Of a DNA stretch of 32,000 bases, positions 1 through 8,586 are shown one piece after another (positions within the stretch are counted from its first letter, which is position 1; the number at the start of each line of letters is the position of its first letter). This DNA comes from Nostoc sp. PCC 7120 = FACHB-418. Lineage in GTDB: Bacteria > Cyanobacteriota > Cyanobacteriia > Cyanobacteriales > Nostocaceae. The stretch spans positions 750,001 to 782,000 of the forward strand of contig NC_003272.1 of the NCBI RefSeq assembly GCF_000009705.1, read 5' to 3'. The notes under the pieces were generated by a model. That model made no database searches, was not told the origin of the DNA, and worked only from the letters and a program-made list of their open reading frames with translations. Made by a program: the position numbers and the translations under genes.

Positions 1-217
1 TATCCCGTTCTGGTTGATAGCCTTCCATGAAGCGGTCAAAGGTAGTGACAACACCCAAAGCATAAATGGGATTGTAGCTAAAATCGACATTTACGGACAG
101 CAGGTGCATTTCCACCATCAACTCTTCTACTACCCGACGATAAATTGTGTTAATCGGTCGGGTGTGGAGGGCGTAGAAAGTTCGCTTTGTATCAGAGACA
201 GTACGCAATAATTCCAT
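1..217 (-). CDS. thf1: Thylakoid formation protein Thf1/Psb29, N-terminal part; the gene runs off the left edge of the window
   Basis: The minus-strand ATG at 217 opens a frame reading [72 protein letters not shown]. This matches my memory of the conserved Thf1/Psb29 N-terminus. The ORF is absent from the supplied track because it has no stop inside the window. Confidence 0.85.
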   Translation of the reverse strand, partial: MELLRTVSDTKRTFYALHTRPINTIYRRVVEELMVEMHLLSVNVDFSYNPIYALGVVTTFDRFMEGYQPERD

Positions 218-413
218 ATTTACAAGGATTGTAGACTTTGACTCTAGTATTTCTAGTAACTATATAGTAAAACTTGGTTTTTACTGCTTAAAAACGCCTG
301 CTTACGTACAAATGTACTACACTTCTAGTCTAGTGATTCTCTATTTTATCATTTCCCCATATTACATATAACCGCTTAAGCTGTACTACGATTAATTTGT
401 GAGTTATTTGATT

Positions 414-662
414 CTAAATATCAATTAATTTAGAGTCCCTATTCTTGTCTAGATAATGCTGAATAATGATATCTACACTATTGCCACAACTATCAGCTAA
501 TAATGTCAGGTCAGCGCCATTATTAGCTTGAATACTAATGAATCTATGGCGATTTGAGTAAGGTTTTAAATATTGAATTTTCCCTTTGCCGATAACTCTG
601 TCACCACCATTAGCTGTATCTTCTGTTGACTCTTTATCCAGCCAAGGTGCAATGATTATTTT
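414..662 (-). pseudogene. C-terminal remnant of a tyrosine recombinase (phage-type integrase); no start codon
   Basis: The minus-strand frame is open for 82 codons between stops and contains no Met. It reads KIIIAPWLDKESTEDTANGGDRVIGKGKIQYLKPYSNRHRFISIQANNGADLTLLADSCGNSVDIIIQHYLDKNRDSKLIDI*. The spacing H-x-x-R ... G(N/H)S ... Y resembles the catalytic C-terminus of tyrosine recombinases. Confidence 0.45.
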
Positions 663-754
663 CTACCCCTAAAGACTACTTTGCTAAGTTGGGGTTTCGG
701 CCTAGTAATCTTTATTATATTCTGTGAGCATATTTGCTATTGTGCCTCACACTT

Positions 755-1351
755 ATGAGCTTTTCGCCCCAATTAGTTAACTTAGGTAATTACCTAGCTG
801 GAGAATTTGACAACAGAGAACAAGCCTTAGGCGAGCCGATTTGGTTTGTTCACTTACGTCTATGGCAAAGACCTGTTGATTTGTTTTCCGACGATAGCAT
901 TACTCTGTTTGCCGAACAAGCCAACATTGTCAATCTAGACCGTCCTTATCGTCAACGTATTCTGCGGTTGATGCCTGCTCCTGACTCGGAAACTGGGCTA
1001 TATGTACAGTACTATATGCCTAAAAATCCCAGTGCTTTAATTGGTGCAGGTCGTCACCCAGACTTACTCAAGACTTTAACCCCCCAGCAACTAGAACTAC
1101 TTCCTGGCTGTGTTCTCTCAGTTAGCCAGCAAACAGTTGCACCTAACAGCTATCAGTTTACTGCGTCCCCACTGCCAAATACTTGCTGTACTTTCAGTTA
1201 TTTGGAGAACACTGTACAAGTTTCTTTAGGTTTTGCAGTCACAGAGACAGAACTGCACACCTATGATAAAGGAATTGACCAAGAGACAGGCAAGGCAACT
1301 TGGGGAGCAATTGTCGGCCCCTATCGCTACACTAAGCGAGAACAGTATTGA
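755..1351 (+). CDS. cpcT: Phycobiliprotein chromophore lyase, CpcT/CpeT family
   Basis: This is the track ORF 734..1351. The motif NYLAGEFDNREQALGEPIWFVHLRLWQRP is the family-typical N-terminal signature. ATG at 755 (MSFSPQLV...) is preferred over the upstream TTG at 734. Confidence 0.8.
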   Translation: MSFSPQLVNLGNYLAGEFDNREQALGEPIWFVHLRLWQRPVDLFSDDSITLFAEQANIVNLDRPYRQRILRLMPAPDSETGLYVQYYMPKNPSALIGAGRHPDLLKTLTPQQLELLPGCVLSVSQQTVAPNSYQFTASPLPNTCCTFSYLENTVQVSLGFAVTETELHTYDKGIDQETGKATWGAIVGPYRYTKREQY

Positions 1352-1535
1352 GTACAGAGTGCTGAGTTAAGAGAAATGACTTGTGTTAAATAGTTTTCAG
1401 CTTGAACAGTGGCCTCAATTGTTTCTATACCAATTGATAAAAAGAACGAGACGGATACAAGCTGGGAAACTTAGCTAAAATATGACTTTCTTAATTACGA
1501 ATTACAAATTCGTATCATTCAGCACTCATAACTTT

Positions 1536-1904
1536 CTAGCTAGCCATGCTACGAGGTACACCTTCTAACGCTTCCTCCTCAGTCTCAAAGATTTCAAAGA
1601 CTGTATCCATCATTGTCACTTCAAACACGAGTTTAGCTTCTGGGTGAACATTACAGATACGAAAACTGCCATTGACCTTATCAGCATCACGCATTCCAGC
1701 GACTAAAGACGTAAGTCCAGAACTATCTATAAAATTTACCTGACCAAGATTCACCACTACGTGATGACTGAGTTTAGATATACACTCTTGTAATTTCAAG
1801 CGAAATTGCCAAGCTGTGGTGATGTCTAGGCGACCTGCTGGTTTTAAGACAATAACCGTATTACCGTCTTGGGTTGTATATGAATTTTGTTCTATTTGAA
1901 TCAC
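1536..1904 (-). CDS. STAS-domain anti-sigma-factor antagonist (SpoIIAA/RsbV-like)
   Basis: The track ORF 1536..1931 reads ...LKPAGRLDITTAWQFRLKLQE...VNLGQVNFIDSSGLTSLVAG..., which is the STAS fold signature including the DSSGL phospho-serine motif. GTG at 1904 has a GGAGG Shine-Dalgarno 5 nt upstream, so I prefer it to the TTG at 1931. Confidence 0.8.
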   Translation of the reverse strand: MIQIEQNSYTTQDGNTVIVLKPAGRLDITTAWQFRLKLQECISKLSHHVVVNLGQVNFIDSSGLTSLVAGMRDADKVNGSFRICNVHPEAKLVFEVTMMDTVFEIFETEEEALEGVPRSMAS

Positions 1905-2318
1905 TAGGCCTCCCCTTGGCACTGATCTCAAGATTGACTGTAGCTGGGTTAGTCCTGAAATTGATGAGCCAAAGCCTAAATCTTTGGCAACAATGTTTAC
2001 TGATTCTCCACCAAAAAGATTTTAGAAAAGCAGTAATTTATTTAACCCACCAATCACAGGACTGTATTTAAGTGCTGAAACTCAATATTAACAAGCTCCA
2101 GCTAAATTCATCACTTTTTTTACTAAGTGCTTACATTTAGTAGTTTAACTCACCAAAACTGAGGTGAGTACCCAGTCACAAGTGCTGAAATAGAGAAAAC
2201 AAAATTTTCTTACCCTGTATTGATGAGTTCGTTATCCTTGAGCAAAGCCATTTTTTCTCACGGAAGAGGGGATAATACTTACCCTGGCAGAGACATCAAT
2301 AACCCCACATTTACAGAA

Positions 2319-3362
2319 TTACTGGTTTGCTGTCCAGTTGCTCCAATCTTGGGGCTTGAGGAATGTATCATATAACTCCGCTTCTGGAGAATTGGGTTCG
2401 GGTTGATAACCGTATTCCCAACGAACCAAAGGTGGTAAAGACATCAAAATAGATTCAGTACGGCCATTGGTTTGCAAACCAAAAATTGTGCCTCGGTCAT
2501 AAACCAAGTTAAATTCGACATACCGACCGCGACGATAAAGTTGGAAATTCCGTTGGCGATCGCCATACTCCATCCCATGACGGCGCTCTACAATAGGGAC
2601 GTAGGCGGGTAAGAAAGCTTTACCAGAACCTTGGATAAAACTAAACAAATCTTCCCAATCCCGTGATGCGGGTTCTCCTACTTGATTACTATAATTGGCT
2701 GCTTCGCCTTTGGGGTTGGGGCCGCGATATAAAACACCTTGTCCATCTTGATAATCGAAAAATAGACCACCTACACCCCTGGTTTCATCCCGGTGTTTGA
2801 GATAGAAATATTCATCACACCAACGTTTAAATACGGGGTAATACTCTGGGTGATGTTCATCGCAAGCGAGTTTCAGGGTCTGATGGAAATGAGCCGCATC
2901 TTCTGCAAAGGGGTAATAAGGTGTGAGGTCAGCACCGCCACCAAACCACCAAACTGGGCCGGCTTCAAAATAACGGTAATTTAGGTGAACTGTGGGGACA
3001 TAGGGATTGCGTGGATGTAACACCAAGGATGTACCTGTGGCATAAAAGCCATGTCCTTCCGCTTCTGGACGCTGGGCTAAAATGGAAGGAGGGAGATGAG
3101 AACCCCAAACTTCAGAAAAATTTACCCCAGCTTGTTCAAATATTGCACCATCACGTAGCACACGCGATCGCCCGCCACCCCCTTCAGGACGTTCCCAACT
3201 ATCTTCGTGAAACTCACTCCCACCATCAAGTTTTGTTAAGGCTTGTGTAATTTCATCTTGCAACTGTTTCATAAAATTACTGACTCTAGCTTTAGCGTCA
3301 GTTGCTGGTAGAGACGGGGATAGTTTTGCCTTTACCGTTGGGGTTTGCGAGTTGGTCACCAT
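2319..3362 (-). CDS. hemF: Oxygen-dependent coproporphyrinogen III oxidase
   Basis: 347-aa ORF with [61 protein letters not shown] and [27 protein letters not shown]. This is the characteristic HemF signature. Confidence 0.92.
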   Translation of the reverse strand: MVTNSQTPTVKAKLSPSLPATDAKARVSNFMKQLQDEITQALTKLDGGSEFHEDSWERPEGGGGRSRVLRDGAIFEQAGVNFSEVWGSHLPPSILAQRPEAEGHGFYATGTSLVLHPRNPYVPTVHLNYRYFEAGPVWWFGGGADLTPYYPFAEDAAHFHQTLKLACDEHHPEYYPVFKRWCDEYFYLKHRDETRGVGGLFFDYQDGQGVLYRGPNPKGEAANYSNQVGEPASRDWEDLFSFIQGSGKAFLPAYVPIVERRHGMEYGDRQRNFQLYRRGRYVEFNLVYDRGTIFGLQTNGRTESILMSLPPLVRWEYGYQPEPNSPEAELYDTFLKPQDWSNWTANQ

Positions 3363-3869
3363 AGATTCCCGAACCTAAATTACAATTTTCTAAAAAAGCC
3401 ACAAATCTCTAGTTTAAAAACTTGTGGGTCAAACGAGCCAAAAATTAGGCTCAATTTTGCCCAAGCAACTTTTTTGCTTGTTAAACGTTTACACGATTAA
3501 TGGACATGACTAGAGTTATTTTCCCTCAAATGCGTATAGGCTTGTATATTGACTAAGTTTTTGTTGTACTTCTTGATGGAAACATTCTGGTGTTAACACC
3601 AGACTCTGGTGAACTAGTCTACAAATACCTTGGCCGTGAGGTCACGTTTTCAAGTTCTCAACGAACTGTGTACAAATTCTCTAGTGTACGGATGATGGTG
3701 ATACCCCACGAGTTTGAGTTTCAACCCAAGAGCAATCTTCTTGTTCTTTATGCCTAATCGAGGTTTATCATGCTGAGGGCAATTGTGAGCAAATATGTTT
3801 TAGGGTTGAATCACAGTAGCCAACTATTCCAGAGTTACCAGCAAGTGTCTAGGTAGGAGGATTAGGCAA

Positions 3870-4394
3870 ATGGGAACGTGGTTATCCAAATTCGTCCACC
3901 GCAAACGCCGTCGGTTTCGCGTTTCTCTGGCACAAACATATCGAGAAATTAGTTCTGCTTCCGTAGACGAACTGTGGCAGAAAGTAGTTGATTTAACAGA
4001 TGTTTCTTGGCATCCATTACTTAAAAGCACCAATGTGCCATACGGATTAGTACCCAAACCGGGCTTGATTTACCAAGCTGTGACACGCTTTTCTCCAATT
4101 CCCATCCAGATTTTTGTAGAGCGTGTTAATCCCAGGGAACTACTATGTATCCGGATCATGGCCATCCCTGGTGTCGAGGAAAGAGTTACTTACCAAGTAG
4201 AGTCCACAGTTTGTGGCACTTGTTTATCTTATTCAGTAACACTACGCGGATGGCTATCACCGCTAATTTGGTCATTTTCTCGCCCTTATGTAGATCGTGT
4301 GGCACGTTCCTTAGTTGAATCTGTAGAAAAAGCCACATTACAGGCAGTATCAGGGAAGGCAAAAAGTCTGAACAATAATTGTTTTGATTTTTAG
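3870..4394 (+). CDS. SRPBCC (polyketide cyclase/dehydrase-like) family protein
   Basis: 174-aa ORF preceded by AGGAGGA at about 3855. The pattern ISSASVDELWQKVVDLTDVSWHP...V.Y.VES... resembles the START/Bet v1-like SRPBCC fold. The function call is weak. Confidence 0.55.
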   Translation: MGTWLSKFVHRKRRRFRVSLAQTYREISSASVDELWQKVVDLTDVSWHPLLKSTNVPYGLVPKPGLIYQAVTRFSPIPIQIFVERVNPRELLCIRIMAIPGVEERVTYQVESTVCGTCLSYSVTLRGWLSPLIWSFSRPYVDRVARSLVESVEKATLQAVSGKAKSLNNNCFDF

Positions 4395-4690
4395 GTCGGG
4401 GATGGGGGAATAGGGACTGCTGTTGACTGTTGACATCCCTGACGATGGATAGCGCAACTTAAAAGCAAAATAGCTCACAGCGTCCCCGGTTCTCAGTCCC
4501 TAATTTTTAACACCTAAAGAAAGTTAAGATTTTATTAGGCGATAATAAAAAAATTTTAAATTTTATTACGCCGATCCATGAGGAAATACTCAGCAGTTTC
4601 TGCTGATTGATTTTGCAGCTGGTCAAAAACCAGGTCGCATCTATCTCTAGCTTGCATTTTGAATTTTTAATTTTGAGTTTTGAATTGTAT

Positions 4691-5761
4691 ATGTACGATG
4701 TCCTCGATTCACAATCTGTCTTAGAAGTGTTGCGACCAGTGCAAGACCCAGAACTGCGTAAGAGTCTGGTAGAACTGAATATGATTCGCAACGTCAAAAT
4801 TGATGGGGGTCAAGTAAGCTTCACCTTAGTTTTGACTACGCCTGCTTGTCCATTGCGGGAATTTATTGTTGAAGATTGCCAAAGGGCTGTGAAAAAGCTA
4901 CCTGGGGTAACAGATGTCAGTGTAGAAGTTACAGCAGAAACACCCCAACAAAAAAGCTTGCCAGACCGCAATGGTGTTCCCGGTGTGAAAAATATTATCG
5001 CCATCTCTAGTGGTAAAGGTGGTGTCGGTAAAAGTACTGTGGCGGTAAATGTCGCCGTAGCTTTAGCGCAGACGGGGGCAAAAGTTGGCTTACTAGATGC
5101 GGATATCTACGGTCCCAATGATCCTACGATGTTAGGGCTGGGTGATGCCCAAATTGTCGTGCGTTCCACAGAAAAAGGCGAAGTATTGGAACCCGCTTTT
5201 AATCATGGTGTCAAATTGGTCTCGATGGGTTTTCTGATTGACCGGGATCAGCCTGTAATTTGGCGGGGGCCGATGCTGAATGGGGTAATTCGCCAGTTTC
5301 TCTATCAAGTAGAGTGGGGCGAGTTGGACTATTTAATTGTGGATATGCCCCCAGGAACAGGAGATGCCCAGTTAACTTTAACTCAGGCTGTACCAATGTC
5401 TGGAGCAGTAATTGTGACTACACCCCAAAACGTAGCCTTGTTAGATTCTCGTAAAGGTTTACGTATGTTCCAGCAAATGAACGTGGCTGTTTTGGGAATA
5501 GTAGAAAACATGAGCTACTTCATTCCCCCTGATATGCCAGATAAGCATTACGATATTTTTGGTTCCGGTGGCGGTTCCAAAACAGCAGCAGAATTAGGTG
5601 TACCCTTACTAGGCTGCATACCCTTGGAAATTTCCACTAGAATTGGCGGTGATAATGGTGTACCCATTGTTGTTGCTGACCCAGATTCAGCCTCTGCCAA
5701 GGCATTAAAAGCGATCGCTTTAACAATTGCTGGTAAAGTATCAGTCGCAGCCCTCACATAA
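4691..5761 (+). CDS. Mrp/NBP35/ApbC-family Fe-S cluster carrier ATPase with an N-terminal DUF59/MIP18 domain
   Basis: Deviant Walker A SGKGGVGKST, DYLIVDMPPGTGD and the CPLREF DUF59 motif are present. ATG at 4691 (MYDVLDSQSVLEVLRPVQDPEL) gives the usual length of about 356 aa. The track's upstream extension from 4607 is low-complexity. Confidence 0.9.
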   Translation: MYDVLDSQSVLEVLRPVQDPELRKSLVELNMIRNVKIDGGQVSFTLVLTTPACPLREFIVEDCQRAVKKLPGVTDVSVEVTAETPQQKSLPDRNGVPGVKNIIAISSGKGGVGKSTVAVNVAVALAQTGAKVGLLDADIYGPNDPTMLGLGDAQIVVRSTEKGEVLEPAFNHGVKLVSMGFLIDRDQPVIWRGPMLNGVIRQFLYQVEWGELDYLIVDMPPGTGDAQLTLTQAVPMSGAVIVTTPQNVALLDSRKGLRMFQQMNVAVLGIVENMSYFIPPDMPDKHYDIFGSGGGSKTAAELGVPLLGCIPLEISTRIGGDNGVPIVVADPDSASAKALKAIALTIAGKVSVAALT

Positions 5762-5808
5762 TTAAAAGTTATGAAGGCTGTGTAGCACGTTAGTAAGTCT
5801 TAGGTGGT

Positions 5809-5856
5809 GAGTGTTGAGTCAATAGTTTTACTCAACACTCCAGGCTATTATTTTTA
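5809..5856 (+). terminator. Rho-independent terminator after the mrp-like gene
   Basis: Stem GAGTGTTGAGT (5809-5819) pairs with CTCAACACTC (5831-5840), followed by a T-rich tail (ctattattttt). Confidence 0.6.
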
Positions 5857-5865
5857 GGACTTACG

Positions 5866-5990
5866 GATGAAAACGAAAGATCAAGGGTTTGGAGAAGGGT
5901 ATAGGGGTATAGGGGTATAAATGTTTGAAAACCTTACACCCCTGAACCCTTACACCCGGTCTAAACAGAAAATCTGGGTGAGTAAGTCCT
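5866..5990. repeat. 125-bp palindromic MITE-like element
   Basis: Perfect 9-bp termini AGGACTTAC / GTAAGTCCT. The inner arms are GGGTATAGGGGTATAGGGGTATAA versus CCTTACACCCCTGAACCCTTACACCC. A related half-arm recurs at 10727-10759. Confidence 0.6.
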
Positions 5991-6085
5991 AATTTTAAAT
6001 TTTTGTCTAATTTCTAGACCAAAACCCAGTCAGACAAAGTTATTAATAGTCAATAAATCTCATAGCTAAACCCTCAACTCATACG

Positions 6086-7402
6086 ATGTTATTAAAACGA
6101 TCGCTTCCCAAAATGCGTTGGAAATCTTGGGTTAAGCCGTGGCAACAATTAGACTGGCCATTATTTTGCTTGCCTGTAGGGGTCAGCATCTTTGGCGGTC
6201 TGATGATCCTCAGCACAGAACTCAAGCAGCCAGTAACAGATTGGTGGTGGCACTGGCTAATTGCTGGTATTGGTGTTTTTATTGCCTTATTTCTGGCTCG
6301 TTGCCGTTACGACAACCTGTTGCAATGGCATTGGATCACCTACGTATTGACTAATATCAGTCTGATTACTGTGATGGCTGCGGGTACAAGTGCCAAAGGC
6401 GCACAACGTTGGCTGACGATTGGTGGTTTTAACGTACAACCTTCAGAGTTCGCCAAAATTGGTGTAATCATCACCCTAGCAGCTTTGCTGCATAAACACA
6501 CAGCCACCAGAATTGAAGATGTTTTTCGCGCTCTGGCGATTACGGCTATACCTTGGCTATTAGTATTTGTCCAGCCAGATTTAGCCACATCTTTAGTGTT
6601 TGGGGCGATCGTTTTAGGAATGCTTTACTGGGCAAACGCTAACCCTGGTTGGTTGTTATTAATGATTTCACCAATCATCGCTGCCATACTGTTTACGATG
6701 TCTTGGCCTTTATCGACACCAATAATTTTATTTAAAGAAATTTTTATTACTCCTTTTGGTGTTGCTTGGGCAATAGGCATGGCTATTTTAGGTTGGCTGA
6801 CTCTTCCCTGGCGACGCTTCAATATGGGTACTATCGGCGCATTTAGCCTGAATTTGCTCGGTGGTGAATTAGGTATTTTTGCTTGGAATCATGTACTAAA
6901 AGAGTATCAAAAGAATAGATTGACCGCATTTATCAATCCCGAACAAGACCCCCTTGGTTCTGGATATCACCTCATTCAATCACGCATTGCCATTGGTGCT
7001 GGGGAAATGTGGGGTTGGGGTCTGTTTAAGGGGCCAATGACTCAACTAAATTTTGTGCCTGAACAACACACTGATTTTATTTTCTCCGCCATCGGTGAAG
7101 AGTTTGGTCTTTTCGGCTGTTTAATTGTTTTGTTTGTTTTCTGCTTGATTTGCTGGCGACTGCTGCACGTAGCGCAAACAGCCAAAGATAATTTTGGTTC
7201 TTTGTTAGCGATCGGCGTTTTATCGATGATTATATTTCAGTTAGTGGTGAATGTGGGCATGAACGTAGGTTTAGCACCTGTAGCGGGTATTCCCTTACCG
7301 TGGATGAGTTATGGACGTTCTGCCATGCTGACCAATTTTATTGCTTTAGGAATAGTAGAATCGGTGGCAAACTTTCGACAACGACAGAAATATTATTTTT
7401 GA
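6086..7402 (+). CDS. rodA: FtsW/RodA/SpoVE (SEDS) family peptidoglycan glycosyltransferase, probably RodA
   Basis: 438-aa polytopic membrane ORF with the SEDS signatures GAQRWLTIGGFNVQPSEFAKI, DPLGSGYHLIQSRIAIGAGEMWGWG, EQHTDFIFSAIGEEFG and GLAPVAGIPLPWMSYGRSAM. Confidence 0.85.
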   Translation: MLLKRSLPKMRWKSWVKPWQQLDWPLFCLPVGVSIFGGLMILSTELKQPVTDWWWHWLIAGIGVFIALFLARCRYDNLLQWHWITYVLTNISLITVMAAGTSAKGAQRWLTIGGFNVQPSEFAKIGVIITLAALLHKHTATRIEDVFRALAITAIPWLLVFVQPDLATSLVFGAIVLGMLYWANANPGWLLLMISPIIAAILFTMSWPLSTPIILFKEIFITPFGVAWAIGMAILGWLTLPWRRFNMGTIGAFSLNLLGGELGIFAWNHVLKEYQKNRLTAFINPEQDPLGSGYHLIQSRIAIGAGEMWGWGLFKGPMTQLNFVPEQHTDFIFSAIGEEFGLFGCLIVLFVFCLICWRLLHVAQTAKDNFGSLLAIGVLSMIIFQLVVNVGMNVGLAPVAGIPLPWMSYGRSAMLTNFIALGIVESVANFRQRQKYYF

Positions 7403-7408
7403 GTTAAG

Positions 7409-7455
7409 GGTTAGTAGTTAGTGGAAAACAACTGACCACCAACCACTAACAACTG
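7409..7455 (+). terminator. Imperfect hairpin downstream of the rodA-like gene
   Basis: GGTTAGTAGTTAGTGG ... CCACCAACCACTAAC lies immediately after the stop at 7402. There is no clean T-tail. Confidence 0.35.
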
Positions 7456-7506
7456 TCATCTCACAAGTATTAAGCTAAGAACAGGAAGTAAGCGAGAAAA
7501 GAAACC

Positions 7507-7704
7507 ATGATCCTACCTGGAGCAACTGTTAGAGTCAAAAATCCCAACGATACTTATTATCGCTACGAAGGTCTGGTACAACGAGTCACTGATGGCAAAG
7601 TAGCCGTTATATTTGAAGGTGGTAACTGGGACAAGATAATTACCTTTCGTCTATCGGAACTGGAATTAGTAGAAATCACCGCCGGTAAGAAAAAAGGAAA
7701 ATAA
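7507..7704 (+). CDS. ndhS: NDH-1 complex subunit NdhS (ferredoxin-docking, SH3-like)
   Basis: The 65-aa ORF reads [56 protein letters not shown]. It matches my memory of cyanobacterial NdhS (the Synechocystis ssl0352 type). Confidence 0.7.
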   Translation: MILPGATVRVKNPNDTYYRYEGLVQRVTDGKVAVIFEGGNWDKIITFRLSELELVEITAGKKKGK

Positions 7705-7715
7705 TTTAGGACAAA

Positions 7716-7775
7716 GTCAATAGTCAATAGTCAAAAACTCTGGACTGTTGACTGTTGGCTGTTGACTGTTGACTC
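7716..7775. repeat. STRR-like heptamer repeat tract forming a hairpin
   Basis: GTCAATAGTCAATAGTCAA faces GACTGTTGACTGTTGGCTGTTGACTGTTGAC. Similar TGTTGACTGTTGAC copies occur at about 4420-4434. This is typical of heterocystous cyanobacterial STRR repeats. Confidence 0.7.
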
Positions 7776-7784
7776 TTAAATATT

Positions 7785-8441
7785 ATGCGCCTCCCTCTAC
7801 CACAGTTTGATAAAAGCGATCGCCAACCTAGCCACATTGCTGAGGTAGTGGAAACTGCTACCACTGAATTTTTGGCACAGTGTCTGGAACCAGAAGACTT
7901 GACCTTTCCATCAATGCCACCGTTTGGTAGTTGGGTGTGTGCCGTGGATGAAGAATCAGGTAATCAGGTCTATGCAGTGGTATATCATGCTACAACTATG
8001 CCTGTAGATTCCGTCCACAGAGCCGTGGCCATGGGGATGTCACTGCAAGACTTACGCGAGGAACAACCCCAGATATTTGCTATGCTGAAGACTGAATTTA
8101 AAGCGGCGATCGTGGGATTCGCTCAGTCATCGCCTGTACCCAACACTAATGGTAGAGTGTATCAGTATCTACCACCACGTCCACCGCAAATTCATCAGGC
8201 TGTACATCGGTGCGAGTCAGAAGTTATAGTTAGATTTACCGAAGAATTAGAATTTCTGCGGACTTTGCTATCTATCAATGGCGCACCAGTGGAATCATTA
8301 ACCGCCGCAGTTATTCGGGATATCTACCAATTACGAAAAGCTGATCGAGACTGGCTCATCAAAGCCGGGCGGAATTTAAGTATATTGCTAAAAGACGACT
8401 ACGATCGCCTACGGTTCATTCTCAGCCAAATACACCCATAG
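7785..8441 (+). CDS. Conserved hypothetical protein, function unknown
   Basis: 218-aa ORF with normal composition that fills the gap between flanking genes. I recognise no diagnostic motif. Confidence 0.7.
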   Translation: MRLPLPQFDKSDRQPSHIAEVVETATTEFLAQCLEPEDLTFPSMPPFGSWVCAVDEESGNQVYAVVYHATTMPVDSVHRAVAMGMSLQDLREEQPQIFAMLKTEFKAAIVGFAQSSPVPNTNGRVYQYLPPRPPQIHQAVHRCESEVIVRFTEELEFLRTLLSINGAPVESLTAAVIRDIYQLRKADRDWLIKAGRNLSILLKDDYDRLRFILSQIHP

Positions 8442-8586
8442 GTAGTTAGTTTAAACATCTTACCTAAGTAATTTAGATTAAGGCTTTTTTATTTTTTACA
8501 GGGTAGCTTTCATAGTTATGTATGATTGATCGGACGATTACCTCAGGGTAATCCCCGCCTTCCCGTCGCCCTTTCACATTCCACTT

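Noticed and set aside
14-211. Track ORF of 65 aa on the plus strand
   Set aside because: It lies entirely antisense to the clearly recognisable thf1 N-terminus on the minus strand and has no motif of its own.
1874-2071. 65-aa plus-strand ORF
   Set aside because: It overlaps the STAS gene start and Shine-Dalgarno region in antisense, and the rest lies in intergenic sequence.
3824-4057. 77-aa minus-strand ORF overlapping the SRPBCC gene start
   Set aside because: It is antisense overlap with a longer ORF preceded by a Shine-Dalgarno site, and it has no recognisable motif.
4507-4797. 96-aa minus-strand ORF and the 28-codon N-terminal extension of the mrp ORF (4607-4690)
   Set aside because: This is AT-rich, low-complexity sequence in the promoter region. 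The canonical Mrp/DUF59 N-terminus begins at ATG 4691.
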